Origin: Candidatus Parachristensenella avicola
GTDB taxonomy: Bacteria; Bacillota; Clostridia; Christensenellales; UMGS416
DNA: 64,000 nucleotides
NCBI GenBank assembly: GCA_904420205.1
Contig: CAJFUN010000016.1
Coordinates: 12,395-76,394, forward strand
Direction of reading: 5' to 3'
The notes under the pieces were generated by a model. That model was not told the DNA's origin. It did not search any database and saw only the letters and a program-made list of their open reading frames with translations. Shown here piece after piece: positions 49,942 to 59,911 of this stretch (positions are counted from its first letter, which is position 1; every line of letters starts with the position of its first letter). Both the position numbers and the translations under genes were made by a program.

Positions 49942-52509
49942 ATGTTTACAGCCTGTCAGCTTCGGATCAACCGCCAGCGTCTGGGGCGCACGCCCCGGGA
50001 GCGCGTTGTGGAGGGCGCGTTCCCCGTCTTTTCCTGGGCCATAGCCGCCGACCGTCCCATATTGAGGCAAAGCGCTTTCCGCCTTGTGCTCCGTATCGGC
50101 GATGCCACGATTCATGATACAGGGCGCGTCGCCTCATCCACGCCTGAATACCGATATACGGGCGAGCCGTTGCCCGCAGGCCAGCGGCTAACCGCAAGCC
50201 TAACCTTATGGGACAATGAGGGCGGCCGCAGCGAACCGCTGACCGAAGTCTTTTATCGGGGTGATATCCCCTTTGACTCGCCTTGGATCGCCGCCTCACG
50301 GGACGAACCAGGGCGCGCCGTCTACCTAAGGCGAGATTTCCACTGTGAGGAGTCCCCTTGCTTTGCGGTGCTCTATGCCTGTGGGCTAGGATATCATCAG
50401 ATAACCCTTAACGGCCAAGCTTTAGACGACGCGCTGCTGGATCCCGCCCATACCGACTATACCCGCCGCCTATGCTACGCTGTGCTGCCGGAGGCACAGC
50501 GCCTGCTCCACCCCGGCGAAAATGCGCTCTGCGTTGTGCTGGGCGAAGGCTGGCGGCGCAACGAAGGCCCTTATTTGGATGCTGCGCCCCGCAAGCCCCC
50601 CTTTTTCGGGCCGCCCCAGCTCTCCGCTAAATTGGTTCTAACCTATTCCGACGGCCGCAGCCAAATCATCGCTACCGATGGCCAGTGGCAGTGGCGTCAC
50701 GGCCCCATCGTGCAGAATCACCTGTTTAACGGGGAGACCTATGACGCCCGTCAGGCCCTGCCCGGCTGGGATCTCCCCGGCGCGGAGGGCTTTGAGCCCG
50801 TGCGCCTGGTGCCCGCCCCCGGCGGGAAGCCCGAACCTATGCTGATTCCACCCATCCGCGTCAAGGCCGTTTATCACCCTATCGCCCTTTCCCAGCCCAA
50901 GCCCGGCATGTATGTGGCCGATTTTGGTCAGAACATCGCCGGGGTCGTGCGTCTTGGCCTGCACGGCCTATCGCCGGGCCAGCGGATCACCCTGACCCAT
51001 ATGGAGCTGCTTGATGAAGACGGCACACTGTATTTGCCCAACCTGCGGGGCGCGCGTCAGCAGGACTGCTACATTGCCGCCGGCGGCGGCCGCGACGCGG
51101 ATTTCTGGCAGCCGGCCTTTACCTATCACGGCTTTCGGTATGTCGCGATCGAAGGCTATTGCCCCCGGGAGGAGGATCTGACGGCGCTTCAGCTCTACAC
51201 GGGCTTGGACAAGGGGAGCTATTTTTCCTGCGGCAGCGCCCTGCTCACCCAGATTCACCGCAATATCCTGATGACCGAGCGGGATAATATGCATTCAATC
51301 CTGACCGATTGTCCCCAGCGGGACGAGCGCATGGGCTGGATGAACGATGCAACCGTCCGCTTTGAGGAAACGCCTTTCAATTTTGAAACCGGGGCCATGT
51401 TCCGTAAAGTCGTGCGGGATATTGCCGCCGGGCAACGCCCGGACGGGGCCATCAGCTGCACCAGCCCCTTTGTCTATGGCGCTTATCCGGCCGACGCCGT
51501 CTGCTCCAGCTACCTAGTAGCCGCCTGGCAGAATTACCTGCACTGCGGCGACCGGGAAACCATCGAGGAAAACTTCGACGGTTTTGCCGCCTGGGAAAAA
51601 TGCCTGCTGGAAAATAGTTCGGGCTATATCGTGGATTATAGCTACTACGGCGACTGGGCCGGGCCGGCCTATGCCTGCCAGGGTGAGGATGGCGCGGTGT
51701 CTGCCGTAACGCCGGGTGCCCTGATGTCCACCGGATACAGCTACCTCAACGCCTGCCTGCTGGAGCGCTTCGCCCATATCCTGGAGCGGCGCGAGAAGGC
51801 AGAAGAATATCAGGCGCTGGCAGAGCACATCCGCTCGGCTATGCTGGAAAAGTGGTACTGTCCGCAAACCGCCGCCATGGCCACCGGCTCCCAGGGCTGC
51901 CAGGCCTTCGCCCTATGGCTGGGGCTAATCCCCGAACCGGACCGCCCCCGGGCCGCCCGGTTGATGCGCGACGACCTGGTTGCGCGAAATTACCGCTTCA
52001 CCACCGGCAACCTGTGCACCCGCTACCTGCTGGACATGCTAACCGAATATGGCTATGCCGACGAAGCCTACCGGCTGATGATCCGCGAGGAATACCCCTC
52101 TTTCGGTTATATGATTCAGCAGGAGGCCACCACCATATGGGAGCGCTTTGAGCTGAAGAAGAACCCTGGCATGAATTCCCATAACCACCCCATGTACGGC
52201 GCTGCGGGCGCATGGTTTTTTACGGGGCTGGCCGGTATCCGCCCAACGGCCGCCGGTTTTAGCCGCTGCCTAATCCGGCCTGCCTTTCCCCGGGAGCTGA
52301 TGAGCCTGCAGGCCTCGGTAGACACGGTGCGGGGCCGTGTTTCGGTCAAGTGGCTGAAGCGCTATGGCCGCCTGCACCTGTATGTGGATCTTCCGCCAAT
52401 GACCACGGCCGAGCTCATCTTCGCCGGGCAAAGCCATATGCTGGAGCCTGGTTCACACCACCGGAGCGTTCCCCTGGATGAAAGCGCTGAAATGGGGCAA
52501 GGGGTTTGA
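49942..52509 (+). CDS. Glycoside hydrolase family 78 alpha-L-rhamnosidase
   Basis: 855 aa. DCPQRDERMGWMND signature and an N-terminal rhamnosidase-type beta-sandwich layout. Confidence 0.8.
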   Translation: MFTACQLRINRQRLGRTPRERVVEGAFPVFSWAIAADRPILRQSAFRLVLRIGDATIHDTGRVASSTPEYRYTGEPLPAGQRLTASLTLWDNEGGRSEPLTEVFYRGDIPFDSPWIAASRDEPGRAVYLRRDFHCEESPCFAVLYACGLGYHQITLNGQALDDALLDPAHTDYTRRLCYAVLPEAQRLLHPGENALCVVLGEGWRRNEGPYLDAAPRKPPFFGPPQLSAKLVLTYSDGRSQIIATDGQWQWRHGPIVQNHLFNGETYDARQALPGWDLPGAEGFEPVRLVPAPGGKPEPMLIPPIRVKAVYHPIALSQPKPGMYVADFGQNIAGVVRLGLHGLSPGQRITLTHMELLDEDGTLYLPNLRGARQQDCYIAAGGGRDADFWQPAFTYHGFRYVAIEGYCPREEDLTALQLYTGLDKGSYFSCGSALLTQIHRNILMTERDNMHSILTDCPQRDERMGWMNDATVRFEETPFNFETGAMFRKVVRDIAAGQRPDGAISCTSPFVYGAYPADAVCSSYLVAAWQNYLHCGDRETIEENFDGFAAWEKCLLENSSGYIVDYSYYGDWAGPAYACQGEDGAVSAVTPGALMSTGYSYLNACLLERFAHILERREKAEEYQALAEHIRSAMLEKWYCPQTAAMATGSQGCQAFALWLGLIPEPDRPRAARLMRDDLVARNYRFTTGNLCTRYLLDMLTEYGYADEAYRLMIREEYPSFGYMIQQEATTIWERFELKKNPGMNSHNHPMYGAAGAWFFTGLAGIRPTAAGFSRCLIRPAFPRELMSLQASVDTVRGRVSVKWLKRYGRLHLYVDLPPMTTAELIFAGQSHMLEPGSHHRSVPLDESAEMGQGV

Positions 52510-52534
52510 TTTTTGTCTAACAATCCTCTATAAT
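52506..52534 (+). promoter_or_regulatory. Promoter of fba
   Basis: TTGATT-17 nt-TATAAT. Confidence 0.55.
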
Positions 52535-52575
52535 GGGCATATCGGACGTTTTACCAATGAACAGGAGGTTTTACC

Positions 52576-53439
52576 ATGCTGGTATCTGCAAAAGAAATGC
52601 TTAACAAGGCCCGTGAGGGCAAGTACGCCGTTGGACAGTTCAACATAAACAACCTGGAGTGGACGAAGGCCATCCTGCTGACGGCCCAGGAGCTGAACTC
52701 CCCGGTCATTCTCGGCGTGTCTGAGGGCGCCGGTAAGTATATGACCGGCTACCATGCGGTGGTGGGTATGGTGAACGGCATGCTGCAGGATCTGAACATC
52801 ACCGTGCCCGTGGCCCTGCACCTGGATCACGGCAGCTATGAGGGCGCCTTCAAGACCATTGAGGCCGGCTTCTCCTCGGTCATGTTCGACGGCTCCCATT
52901 ACCCCATCGCTGAAAACATTGAAAAGACCAAGGAAATCGTCCGCGTAGCCCATGAGAAGGGCATCTCCGTTGAGGCCGAGGTCGGCGCCATCGGCGGCGA
53001 GGAGGACGGCGTGGTCGGCGGCGGCGAAGTAGCCGATCCCAACGAATGCCAGATGATCGCCGAGCTGGGTGTGGACTTCCTGGCTGCCGGCATCGGCAAT
53101 ATCCACGGCCAGTATCCCGACAACTGGAAGGGCCTGAACTTCGACGTGCTGGCCCAGGTGCAGGCCAAGACTCCCGGCATGCCTCTGGTGCTCCACGGCG
53201 GCACCGGCATCCCTGCCGATATGATCAAGAAGGCCATCTCCCTGGGCGTATCCAAGATCAACGTGAACACCGAATGCCAGCTGGCCTTTGCCGCTGCCAC
53301 CCGCGAGTATGTGGAAGCCGGCAAGGACAAGGTGGGTAAGGGTTTTGATCCCCGCAAGCTGCTGGCTCCCGGGTTCGACGCTATCCGTGCCACCGTTAAG
53401 GAAAAGATGGAGCTCTTCGGATCCGTGGGCAAAGCGTAA
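52576..53439 (+). CDS. fba: Class II fructose-1,6-bisphosphate aldolase
   Basis: 287 aa. ..YAVGQFNINNLEW.., ..LHLDHG.. and ..VLHGGTGIP.. motifs. Confidence 0.9.
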   Translation: MLVSAKEMLNKAREGKYAVGQFNINNLEWTKAILLTAQELNSPVILGVSEGAGKYMTGYHAVVGMVNGMLQDLNITVPVALHLDHGSYEGAFKTIEAGFSSVMFDGSHYPIAENIEKTKEIVRVAHEKGISVEAEVGAIGGEEDGVVGGGEVADPNECQMIAELGVDFLAAGIGNIHGQYPDNWKGLNFDVLAQVQAKTPGMPLVLHGGTGIPADMIKKAISLGVSKINVNTECQLAFAAATREYVEAGKDKVGKGFDPRKLLAPGFDAIRATVKEKMELFGSVGKA

Positions 53440-53543
53440 GCCCACGGCAAAGCATGCACAAAATAGCCTTCATGGCCGCTTCTTTTAGCGCGTATCAATG
53501 ACCCTTTCGATAGAGTAAGCGTAGCGGCCATCCGGGTGGGAAT

Positions 53544-53585
53544 AAAACCGGGCAAAAAGCATTTGGCTTCTTGCCCGGTTTTTTA
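53544..53585 (+). terminator. Intrinsic terminator of fba
   Basis: AACCGGGCAA-15 nt-TTGCCCGGTTTTTT. A second hairpin, ATGCTGCGC-9 nt-GCGCAGCAT, follows at 53585-53611. Confidence 0.75.
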
Positions 53586-54577
53586 TGCTGCGCGGAACGG
53601 TAGCGCAGCATTTCTTCCTCGTTCGGAGGATATCGTTTCGCTACCCACCTTCGATCTTAATCGCGCTCATAAACACAAGATTTTTCTCAAGATGGAGTAT
53701 GCACAATGGCATTAGCGGATCCTCCTTCAAGCTGCGTCGTTAGAGTTTTATGATTATTTCTTGCAAACAAAGGTATGATTGAGCATCCGAATCCCCTTTT
53801 ATTCTATCAGCCTGCCTGCTCATACCCAAAGAGCGCCCCTTGAAAGAGCGAAAAATAACGGAAGGGTTACACGGCAAAAAGCGATTCTCTAAGCTCGTAA
53901 CAGAAAAATCGCAGCCATTCTGTTAGCTTTCCCGCAAAGCCGCGAAGCATCGGGTTCTATTATTTCGTAATGTTTCATGAATTGAAGGCATAAAAACCAA
54001 GTTTATCCGTCTGCCCGCTCTACGGTGACACCTAGCTGAATCTGCGCCGCACCTCAAGGGAATCGCTTTTATGCACGCCACCCTAATGGTCTGCTTTATC
54101 GATGGAGCGTTGGCGCCTCATACAGCCTGGAGAGTGTGCCTTCGCCGTTAGGAACCATCCCGCCAGCTTCCAGCCATAACCTTCATACGACCCGCCAATA
54201 GATAAAACTGCGCATAGCCGGCTCGGACCATACCACGACGGATCGAGCGATTCCTCGGCAGCGGTCTTCAAGCTTCACAAACAGGGCGCACACATTGGGC
54301 GAAAGGTTTTACTGCCTATGAAAGTCGTTTTCGTTCATGTCCGCTGCAATCCGTCCTTCAGCCGTACGAAGGCTTGCCTGCATGCCTTGACGGTAAGTCT
54401 TCTTGGAATTCCCCGCCTTTGGGTGAACCACCGCCTCATTAAGGCGCTCCGGCTGGCCGCAAAGCCTTCCCCTGCTATATTTCATGCTGTCATCCTGTTT
54501 TTCCCACTTCATCGTCTATGCCCGCGCTTCGCACTTTTGGGATTTGGCGGCCATACTATGGGATAGCGCCGCAGCGG

Positions 54578-54605
54578 TTGACAGAAAGCCTATTTGCGGT
54601 ATGAT
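54578..54605 (+). promoter_or_regulatory. Promoter of the ZIP transporter gene
   Basis: TTGACA-16 nt-TATGAT. Confidence 0.5.
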
Positions 54606-54644
54606 GAGAACAGGGTTTACACATGACATATAAGGAGGTACATC

Positions 54645-55436
54645 ATGTCACCGGTTGCATCCGCCCTGCTGGGCACAGGCTTTACCTGCATGATGACGGC
54701 GCTTGGATCGGCCACCGTCTTTCTTTTCCGCCGCGGCATCCCGCACCGCATCCAGCGAGTCTTTCTCGGATTCGCCGCCGGGGTGATGGTCGCCGCCTCA
54801 GTATGGAGCCTATTGATTCCGGCGATGGATATGGCCGCCGAGCAAGGCGGCGCTGCCTGGCTGCCCGCGGCCGGCGGTTTCGTACTGGGTTGGCTCTTTC
54901 TCCTGGCGCTGGATCACTTCATGCCCCATCTGCATGTGGGAGAAAGCGCACCGGAAGGCTTCCACGCCGATTCGCTGCGTCGTACGACGCTTTTGGTTCT
55001 GGCCGTCACGCTGCACAATATCCCCGAGGGCTTGGCTGTAGGCCTGGCTTTCGGCCTGGCAGGCCGGGGCGGCATAGGTTACACCCTGCCGGCTGCCATG
55101 GCGCTGGCCCTGGGCATGGGGCTTCAGAATTTTCCCGAGGGCGCGGCCATCTCGCTACCTTTAAAGCGCGAGGGGCTCTCTTCCGGCCGCTCCTTCCTCT
55201 ACGGCGCGCTTTCCGGTGTCGTGGAGCCGGCAGCTGGGCTTGTCGGCGTGCTCCTGGCTGCCTCTATCGCCTCGCTTATGCCCTGGATGCTCTCCTTCGC
55301 CGCCGGCGCTATGATCTATGTGGTGGTAGAGGAACTGATTCCTGAAGCCCACTTGGGCGAGCACTCTCACTCCGGCACCGCCGGAGTGATGCTGGGCTTC
55401 CTCATCATGATGATTTTAGACGTGGCGCTAGGATAA
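54645..55436 (+). CDS. ZIP family divalent metal transporter (ZupT-like)
   Basis: 263 aa. ..LAVTLHNIPEGLAVG.. and ..GLQNFPEGAAIS.. metal-binding TM motifs. Confidence 0.85.
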   Translation: MSPVASALLGTGFTCMMTALGSATVFLFRRGIPHRIQRVFLGFAAGVMVAASVWSLLIPAMDMAAEQGGAAWLPAAGGFVLGWLFLLALDHFMPHLHVGESAPEGFHADSLRRTTLLVLAVTLHNIPEGLAVGLAFGLAGRGGIGYTLPAAMALALGMGLQNFPEGAAISLPLKREGLSSGRSFLYGALSGVVEPAAGLVGVLLAASIASLMPWMLSFAAGAMIYVVVEELIPEAHLGEHSHSGTAGVMLGFLIMMILDVALG

Positions 55437-55650
55437 TCTTTTTCTCCCTGCCAGAGAGAAAGGCTGCTTTCGCCAATGCCGCACGGGAAAGATTTAGGAA
55501 AAACTTCGTGTAGCATTATTTCCTTGCTTCCAGAAAGCAGCCGCATGATCTTCCTATTGATTACAGGATGTGCATGAAATGCCGAAAAAATCGGCAAAAC
55601 GCCCCTGATTAAACCCGGTGAGGGTGGTAAAACGGATCCGCTAAATCCAC

Positions 55651-55681
55651 AAACGGCAGGCGCATAATGCGCCTGCCGTTT
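55651..55681 (-). terminator. Terminator hairpin downstream of the methyltransferase
   Basis: AAACGGCAGGCGCA-taa-TGCGCCTGCCGTTT. The minus strand continues GTGGATTT. Confidence 0.6.
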
Positions 55682-55708
55682 GCATTATCCGCCATGTTCA
55701 AGCAAATC

Positions 55709-57229
55709 TTAACGCCTTATATCAAGCATGGACGTAAAATCCGCATACATCGGCAACGTAACGTAACGAGACAAATGTAATTCTTGTTCGGTTTTGATAA
55801 CTTCGTCTATATGCAAGGAAAGGACAATTTTTTTAAAGTCTATCCGTTCCAGCACTTTCTTTGTGTACGGCCTTTTTGAATCCGCAAAAGCGATGCTCGC
55901 CAGAAACCTTTGAACTTTTTCCGAGTTGAGCAGGAGCATTGCGACATAGGCCATATTATAGCGATCAAAGCAAATGAAATAGCTGGTATCGTCAACCATA
56001 ACAGGCTTATGATCGTCTGAATATAGTAGGGAAAACAAGGGTTTCTTGTTAAAACCGCTAACCCCCACTTTATATTTTGAATAAGAATAGTCGCCTACCC
56101 CGAACATAGAAAAGGGCGGCGCACCTTGATAAATAGCACTTTTTCTATTCTCGAAAGCCGCTATATTATCGTTCAGATACTTCCATGTTTTAGGCACTTC
56201 TTTTTCAAGGTGATCCGTTTTTTCACGAGGTTTCTTTTGCGTCACGATTACAAATTTTGAAAAATTATGAATAATCGGCGCTTTGAACATGCTGCTTTTC
56301 ATTAACGGGAACACAATATCCTGTTCAATGTGAACCGTTTCATTTTTTCCATTTTGCAGCGTGCCATTTCTCGCAGTTAACTCCATGACTTTTGAGCAGT
56401 CATGTTTTACACCCTGCCGCCATTCAAAGCAACATTGGCCATCAAAATTTTCCATGGCCGCGGCATCCAAGTTACTATAAAATTGGCCATTTGAATATCC
56501 AAACTTCGATTGAATCGTATCCGGCTTATCGAAATCGTAAACTGTACAATGATCCGGCGAAAGCGGCTTATCTGAAAGCTGAATCACAAGGACGCAGGCG
56601 CTTGCATCGATTCCGAATACCTTTGAAGCGTCAAATTCCAGAATATCGCAGGATGCAAACGAAACATTCTCCCTTTTTAATTCCTTGAATACGTTTCTCG
56701 CAACGGACATTTTGCAAAGCATAGCGATGACTGTATTCGTATTGCTATACTCATTTATCAATTGCAGAATCATATATTCACAAATATCAAAATTACTGGC
56801 CCCCGTCATTGCGTCTATGCCCTTTAGCCCCTTGAAATTTGCCTTATGAGGCAGATTATCAGAGCCAAGGACCGATAATGTGCTATTCGTCACCCATGGC
56901 GGGTTACCAAGGATAAGCACCTGACGCTGATCTTTGATTAAATCTTTAGATGAAAATGCAAAAAAATCAGAATTGATGATCTTAACTTTTTCATTCTCCA
57001 GAGAATTTTTGCACACTTCGCAATAATCCGGATTTATTTCGATTCCATAATATTCTCCGGCTTGAAATAAAAGGCTGCTTCTCAAAAAATTGCCAACGCC
57101 GCAGGTCGGTTCCACGACTGCGGAGGGCTTGATGTGGCGAAATTCCTTCAAATATCGGCAAACGCGTTCGGCAAAGTCTATCGGAGTTTGATAATCGCCG
57201 TATTCGCGCTTACCACTCATGATTGACAA
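55709..57229 (-). CDS. N6-adenine DNA methyltransferase, gamma class (TaqI/Eco57I-like), Type II R-M
   Basis: Motif X-like GDYQTP. Motif I EPTCGVGNF comes before motif IV LGNPPW. A long C-terminal target-recognition region. 506 aa. Confidence 0.85.
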   Translation of the reverse strand: MSIMSGKREYGDYQTPIDFAERVCRYLKEFRHIKPSAVVEPTCGVGNFLRSSLLFQAGEYYGIEINPDYCEVCKNSLENEKVKIINSDFFAFSSKDLIKDQRQVLILGNPPWVTNSTLSVLGSDNLPHKANFKGLKGIDAMTGASNFDICEYMILQLINEYSNTNTVIAMLCKMSVARNVFKELKRENVSFASCDILEFDASKVFGIDASACVLVIQLSDKPLSPDHCTVYDFDKPDTIQSKFGYSNGQFYSNLDAAAMENFDGQCCFEWRQGVKHDCSKVMELTARNGTLQNGKNETVHIEQDIVFPLMKSSMFKAPIIHNFSKFVIVTQKKPREKTDHLEKEVPKTWKYLNDNIAAFENRKSAIYQGAPPFSMFGVGDYSYSKYKVGVSGFNKKPLFSLLYSDDHKPVMVDDTSYFICFDRYNMAYVAMLLLNSEKVQRFLASIAFADSKRPYTKKVLERIDFKKIVLSLHIDEVIKTEQELHLSRYVTLPMYADFTSMLDIRR

Positions 57230-57866
57230 CCCCTTGGACGCTATTTTTTAATGCTATAACCCTTGCATACTGCAAGCGCCATTGTAATGCGTTACTAATG
57301 GTGAGGTATCCTTGTTCCGGGGGAGATTCAAGTATTTCATCGGCGAGATCACGGTAGACAATTTCATCTCCAGGGACATTTTTGTCTTGGAGATATCCGA
57401 TAATATCTTCTCTATTGGCGCCGTCGAATATCGTTTCACGCAAGCGTTTTGTAATCGTAAAATCGGCGGTTCTTTCCTTGTTAATAAAAGTGCAGTGTGT
57501 AAAATGCAGCGTGCAGGAATCGCTTGTATCATGCTTTTCATAAATAAAAACCAAAAGATTATAGCCTAGCCCGAAGATTTTTTGGCGCGCATTCTGAAAG
57601 GGGCAGCTTGATTGCGGTTGCGTAATCGAGGTTACCTTTATATCCGTTTGTATATCGTCGCCAGGCAAGTCGATACCTTTGGCGCTGCTACCGACTTTCA
57701 CGCTATAATGCGCTTTGAGAAAATTTTGGAATTTATGCTCAACATAGGTGCCAACGGCCTTGCCATCGGTAACGCCAATAAGTTCAGCATGATTTTCTCT
57801 GCTCTCAATTTCACAAAAGCGTCTTGCAGCTTCAACGAGTTCGTTGATTGTCAATACCGGCTTCAT
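57210..57866 (-). CDS. Type II restriction endonuclease (PD-(D/E)xK-like candidate)
   Basis: 218 aa. The candidate catalytic stretch GIDLPGDDIQTDIKV (D...D-x-K) is my reading. Overlaps the methyltransferase start by 20 nt. AGGAG SD. AT-rich like the methyltransferase gene. Confidence 0.65.
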   Translation of the reverse strand: MKPVLTINELVEAARRFCEIESRENHAELIGVTDGKAVGTYVEHKFQNFLKAHYSVKVGSSAKGIDLPGDDIQTDIKVTSITQPQSSCPFQNARQKIFGLGYNLLVFIYEKHDTSDSCTLHFTHCTFINKERTADFTITKRLRETIFDGANREDIIGYLQDKNVPGDEIVYRDLADEILESPPEQGYLTISNALQWRLQYARVIALKNSVQGVVNHEW

Positions 57867-58193
57867 ATATATCTCCTATTTTCGCATGTAGGTACAATAA
57901 TGCAAATCAAGCATAGCACAATGCCCCTTGTTTCTCAATAAAAAACATTTGCATTCTCCATACCGCCATTTCGTATTTTCGCTGTCGTTCCGATATAACA
58001 CATGAGCATATAGAGCGAAGTGAAGCACGGATCCATAAGCGCTTCCCCGTTCTATATGCTCTTCTTAAAAAATAATCACGTGTATGCCGTTAAGCTTCCG
58101 CCTAAATATGATCGTGCGCAGATCAAGCAAGGTTGCTTTCCTGTGTAACGTTAGCTTTCTTAGGTCGCTCTCACTTTATCCCTACCCGGGCGC

Positions 58194-59000
58194 TTATTGG
58201 ATAAAGCTGTATAGATCCGCCGAGGGAACAAAGGTGATGGGCAGCGCCTCCCCTACCAGAGGCCGCAACCATGTAACCATCCACTTCATCCCCAACTCCT
58301 CCCAGGAAATGTGGCCCACATTCAGGATCGCCTTGTTGCGCCCCTGCTGGGCTGCGTCGCGCGCATATGACATGGCTGTCCAGTCAAGGACCTCGCCCGG
58401 AATAACCACATCCACTTCAGGGCGCATGATCTGCCGGGTCGCATCCTGCTCCGGGCCAAAGCACATGTGCCCGCCAAAGGCGATATTCTGCACCATAGCC
58501 TCAGGATTGCCTACATAACGCACTGCGTTCAGATGCATTTTTTCCTTCACATAAAGCGCAAGCTCCTTCACTGTAACCGGTTTGGGCAGGTGCACGCGGC
58601 CCTGGAATCCATCGCCTTCCATGTAGTCCAACCATCCCATCTCTGCCATGACGCCGGTAAAGATCCCGTCGGGCCGGTGAGCGTGGATATGGTCGTGATC
58701 CCGCCAAACGGCAATGCCATGCTCGTCCAGCAAGCCTCGCTTTTGCTCATATACCGGGTCGCCGGCCAGCCAATCCACCGGATCCATATGGGTATAAAAG
58801 GTCGGCTCATGCACAAGGATTAGATTGGCCCCCAGCTCAATCGCTTTACGGATCACCGCCATGGAGGCCGCGCAGGTGGTCACGATACCCCGGCACTCGT
58901 CGGAAGGATTGCCGCACTTGAAGCCGTCGCATGTGGGCTTGTCCTGAGAAAGCTCGGGATGATAATTCAAAATTGCGTCGATTACTTGTTGAATGGTCAT
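58194..59000 (-). CDS. NIF3-like dinuclear metal centre family protein
   Basis: ..IELGANLILVHEPTFY.. and the C-terminal ..NVGHISWE.. pattern of the NIF3 / GTP cyclohydrolase I type 2 family. Confidence 0.65.
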   Translation of the reverse strand: MTIQQVIDAILNYHPELSQDKPTCDGFKCGNPSDECRGIVTTCAASMAVIRKAIELGANLILVHEPTFYTHMDPVDWLAGDPVYEQKRGLLDEHGIAVWRDHDHIHAHRPDGIFTGVMAEMGWLDYMEGDGFQGRVHLPKPVTVKELALYVKEKMHLNAVRYVGNPEAMVQNIAFGGHMCFGPEQDATRQIMRPEVDVVIPGEVLDWTAMSYARDAAQQGRNKAILNVGHISWEELGMKWMVTWLRPLVGEALPITFVPSADLYSFIQ

Positions 59001-59134
59001 TTTTCCCTCCTCGTTCCGGCAGGCTTACCCGCCATGTGAATACTGCGCGCTTTTCCCCTTTTTCTTGACATTCCGGCGCGTTATGCTATTTTTAGTATAA
59101 TCCAAATTTTCCTTTATGGCAAAAGGAGGTCATC

Positions 59135-59911
59135 ATGTCAATCCTTTTAACGGAATTCGATCCCGCGCCGGCGATCATCGAACCCGCATCCCTCATTGCT
59201 CCCATGGATGGCTTTCCCCGTGTGGCCGTCGGGCCCTTTTCCGGCGACCTTTTCCACAGCATCCAGCAGATGCCGGGCGTCAGGCAGCTCACGCAGATCG
59301 GCTGTGCCAATGGCAAAACCCCGGTGCTGTCTGTTCCCTATCAGGGCGTGGAGATCGCCGTATTCCTGGCCCCTGTGGGCGCTTCCTGCTGCGTCGGCGC
59401 CCTGGAGGAGCTCCACGCGCTGGGCGCGCAGTCCTTTTTGACCTTCGGCTCCTGCGGCGTGCTGAACCGCTCCATCCAGGACGGCGGCCTGATCCTACCC
59501 ACCTCCGCCTTTCGGGATGAAGGGACCAGCTACCACTATGCCCCGCCTGCCGACGAAATCGATCTTGATCCCCGGGGCGTGGCCCTGTTGACTCAATGTG
59601 CCGAGCGTCTCTCCCTGCCCTACTGCTGCGGAAAAGTTTGGACCACCGACGCCTTCTACCGTGAAACGCCCGGCAAAATGGCCCGCCGGAAAGCGGCAGG
59701 AGCGATCGCCGTGGAGATGGAGTGCGCCGCTCTGGCCGCCTGCGCCGCCTTCCGTGGCTTTTCCTTCGCAACCTTTCTCTATTCCGCCGATAACCTGGAT
59801 GCCGCTGCCTGGGATAAGCGAGGGCTCTCCCGCCAGGGCGTCCACATCCGCGACCAGGTATTGGGCTTGGCCTTTGAGGCTGCACTGGCGTTGGACAGCC
59901 TTATCCGCTAA
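59135..59911 (+). CDS. Nucleoside phosphorylase (PNP_UDP_1 family, uridine phosphorylase-like)
   Basis: ..TFGSCG.. and ..AVEMECAAL.. motifs. AAAGGAGG SD. Confidence 0.7.
   Translation: MSILLTEFDPAPAIIEPASLIAPMDGFPRVAVGPFSGDLFHSIQQMPGVRQLTQIGCANGKTPVLSVPYQGVEIAVFLAPVGASCCVGALEELHALGAQSFLTFGSCGVLNRSIQDGGLILPTSAFRDEGTSYHYAPPADEIDLDPRGVALLTQCAERLSLPYCCGKVWTTDAFYRETPGKMARRKAAGAIAVEMECAALAACAAFRGFSFATFLYSADNLDAAAWDKRGLSRQGVHIRDQVLGLAFEAALALDSLIR

Larger units (their letters stand above)
55437..58193. other. AT-rich islet carrying a Type II restriction-modification pair (probable horizontal acquisition)
   Basis: Lines I counted at 56041 and 56701 give 23/60 and 22/60 G+C, against 38/60 for the core-gene line at 16141. 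Bounded by GC-rich zupT-like and NIF3-like genes. Confidence 0.7.

Noticed and set aside
54083-54512. Minus-strand fragments as an IS3-type integrase-core remnant
   Set aside because: The only similarity is a vague resemblance of SM..SRG..C to the rve C-terminal motif. That is insufficient for a mobile-element call.
55630-58036. Shared ACGGATCC 8-mer on both flanks of the R-M islet as a target-site duplication
   Set aside because: An 8-mer match is expected by chance in 64 kb. GGATCC is frequent in this sequence, and the surrounding bases do not match.
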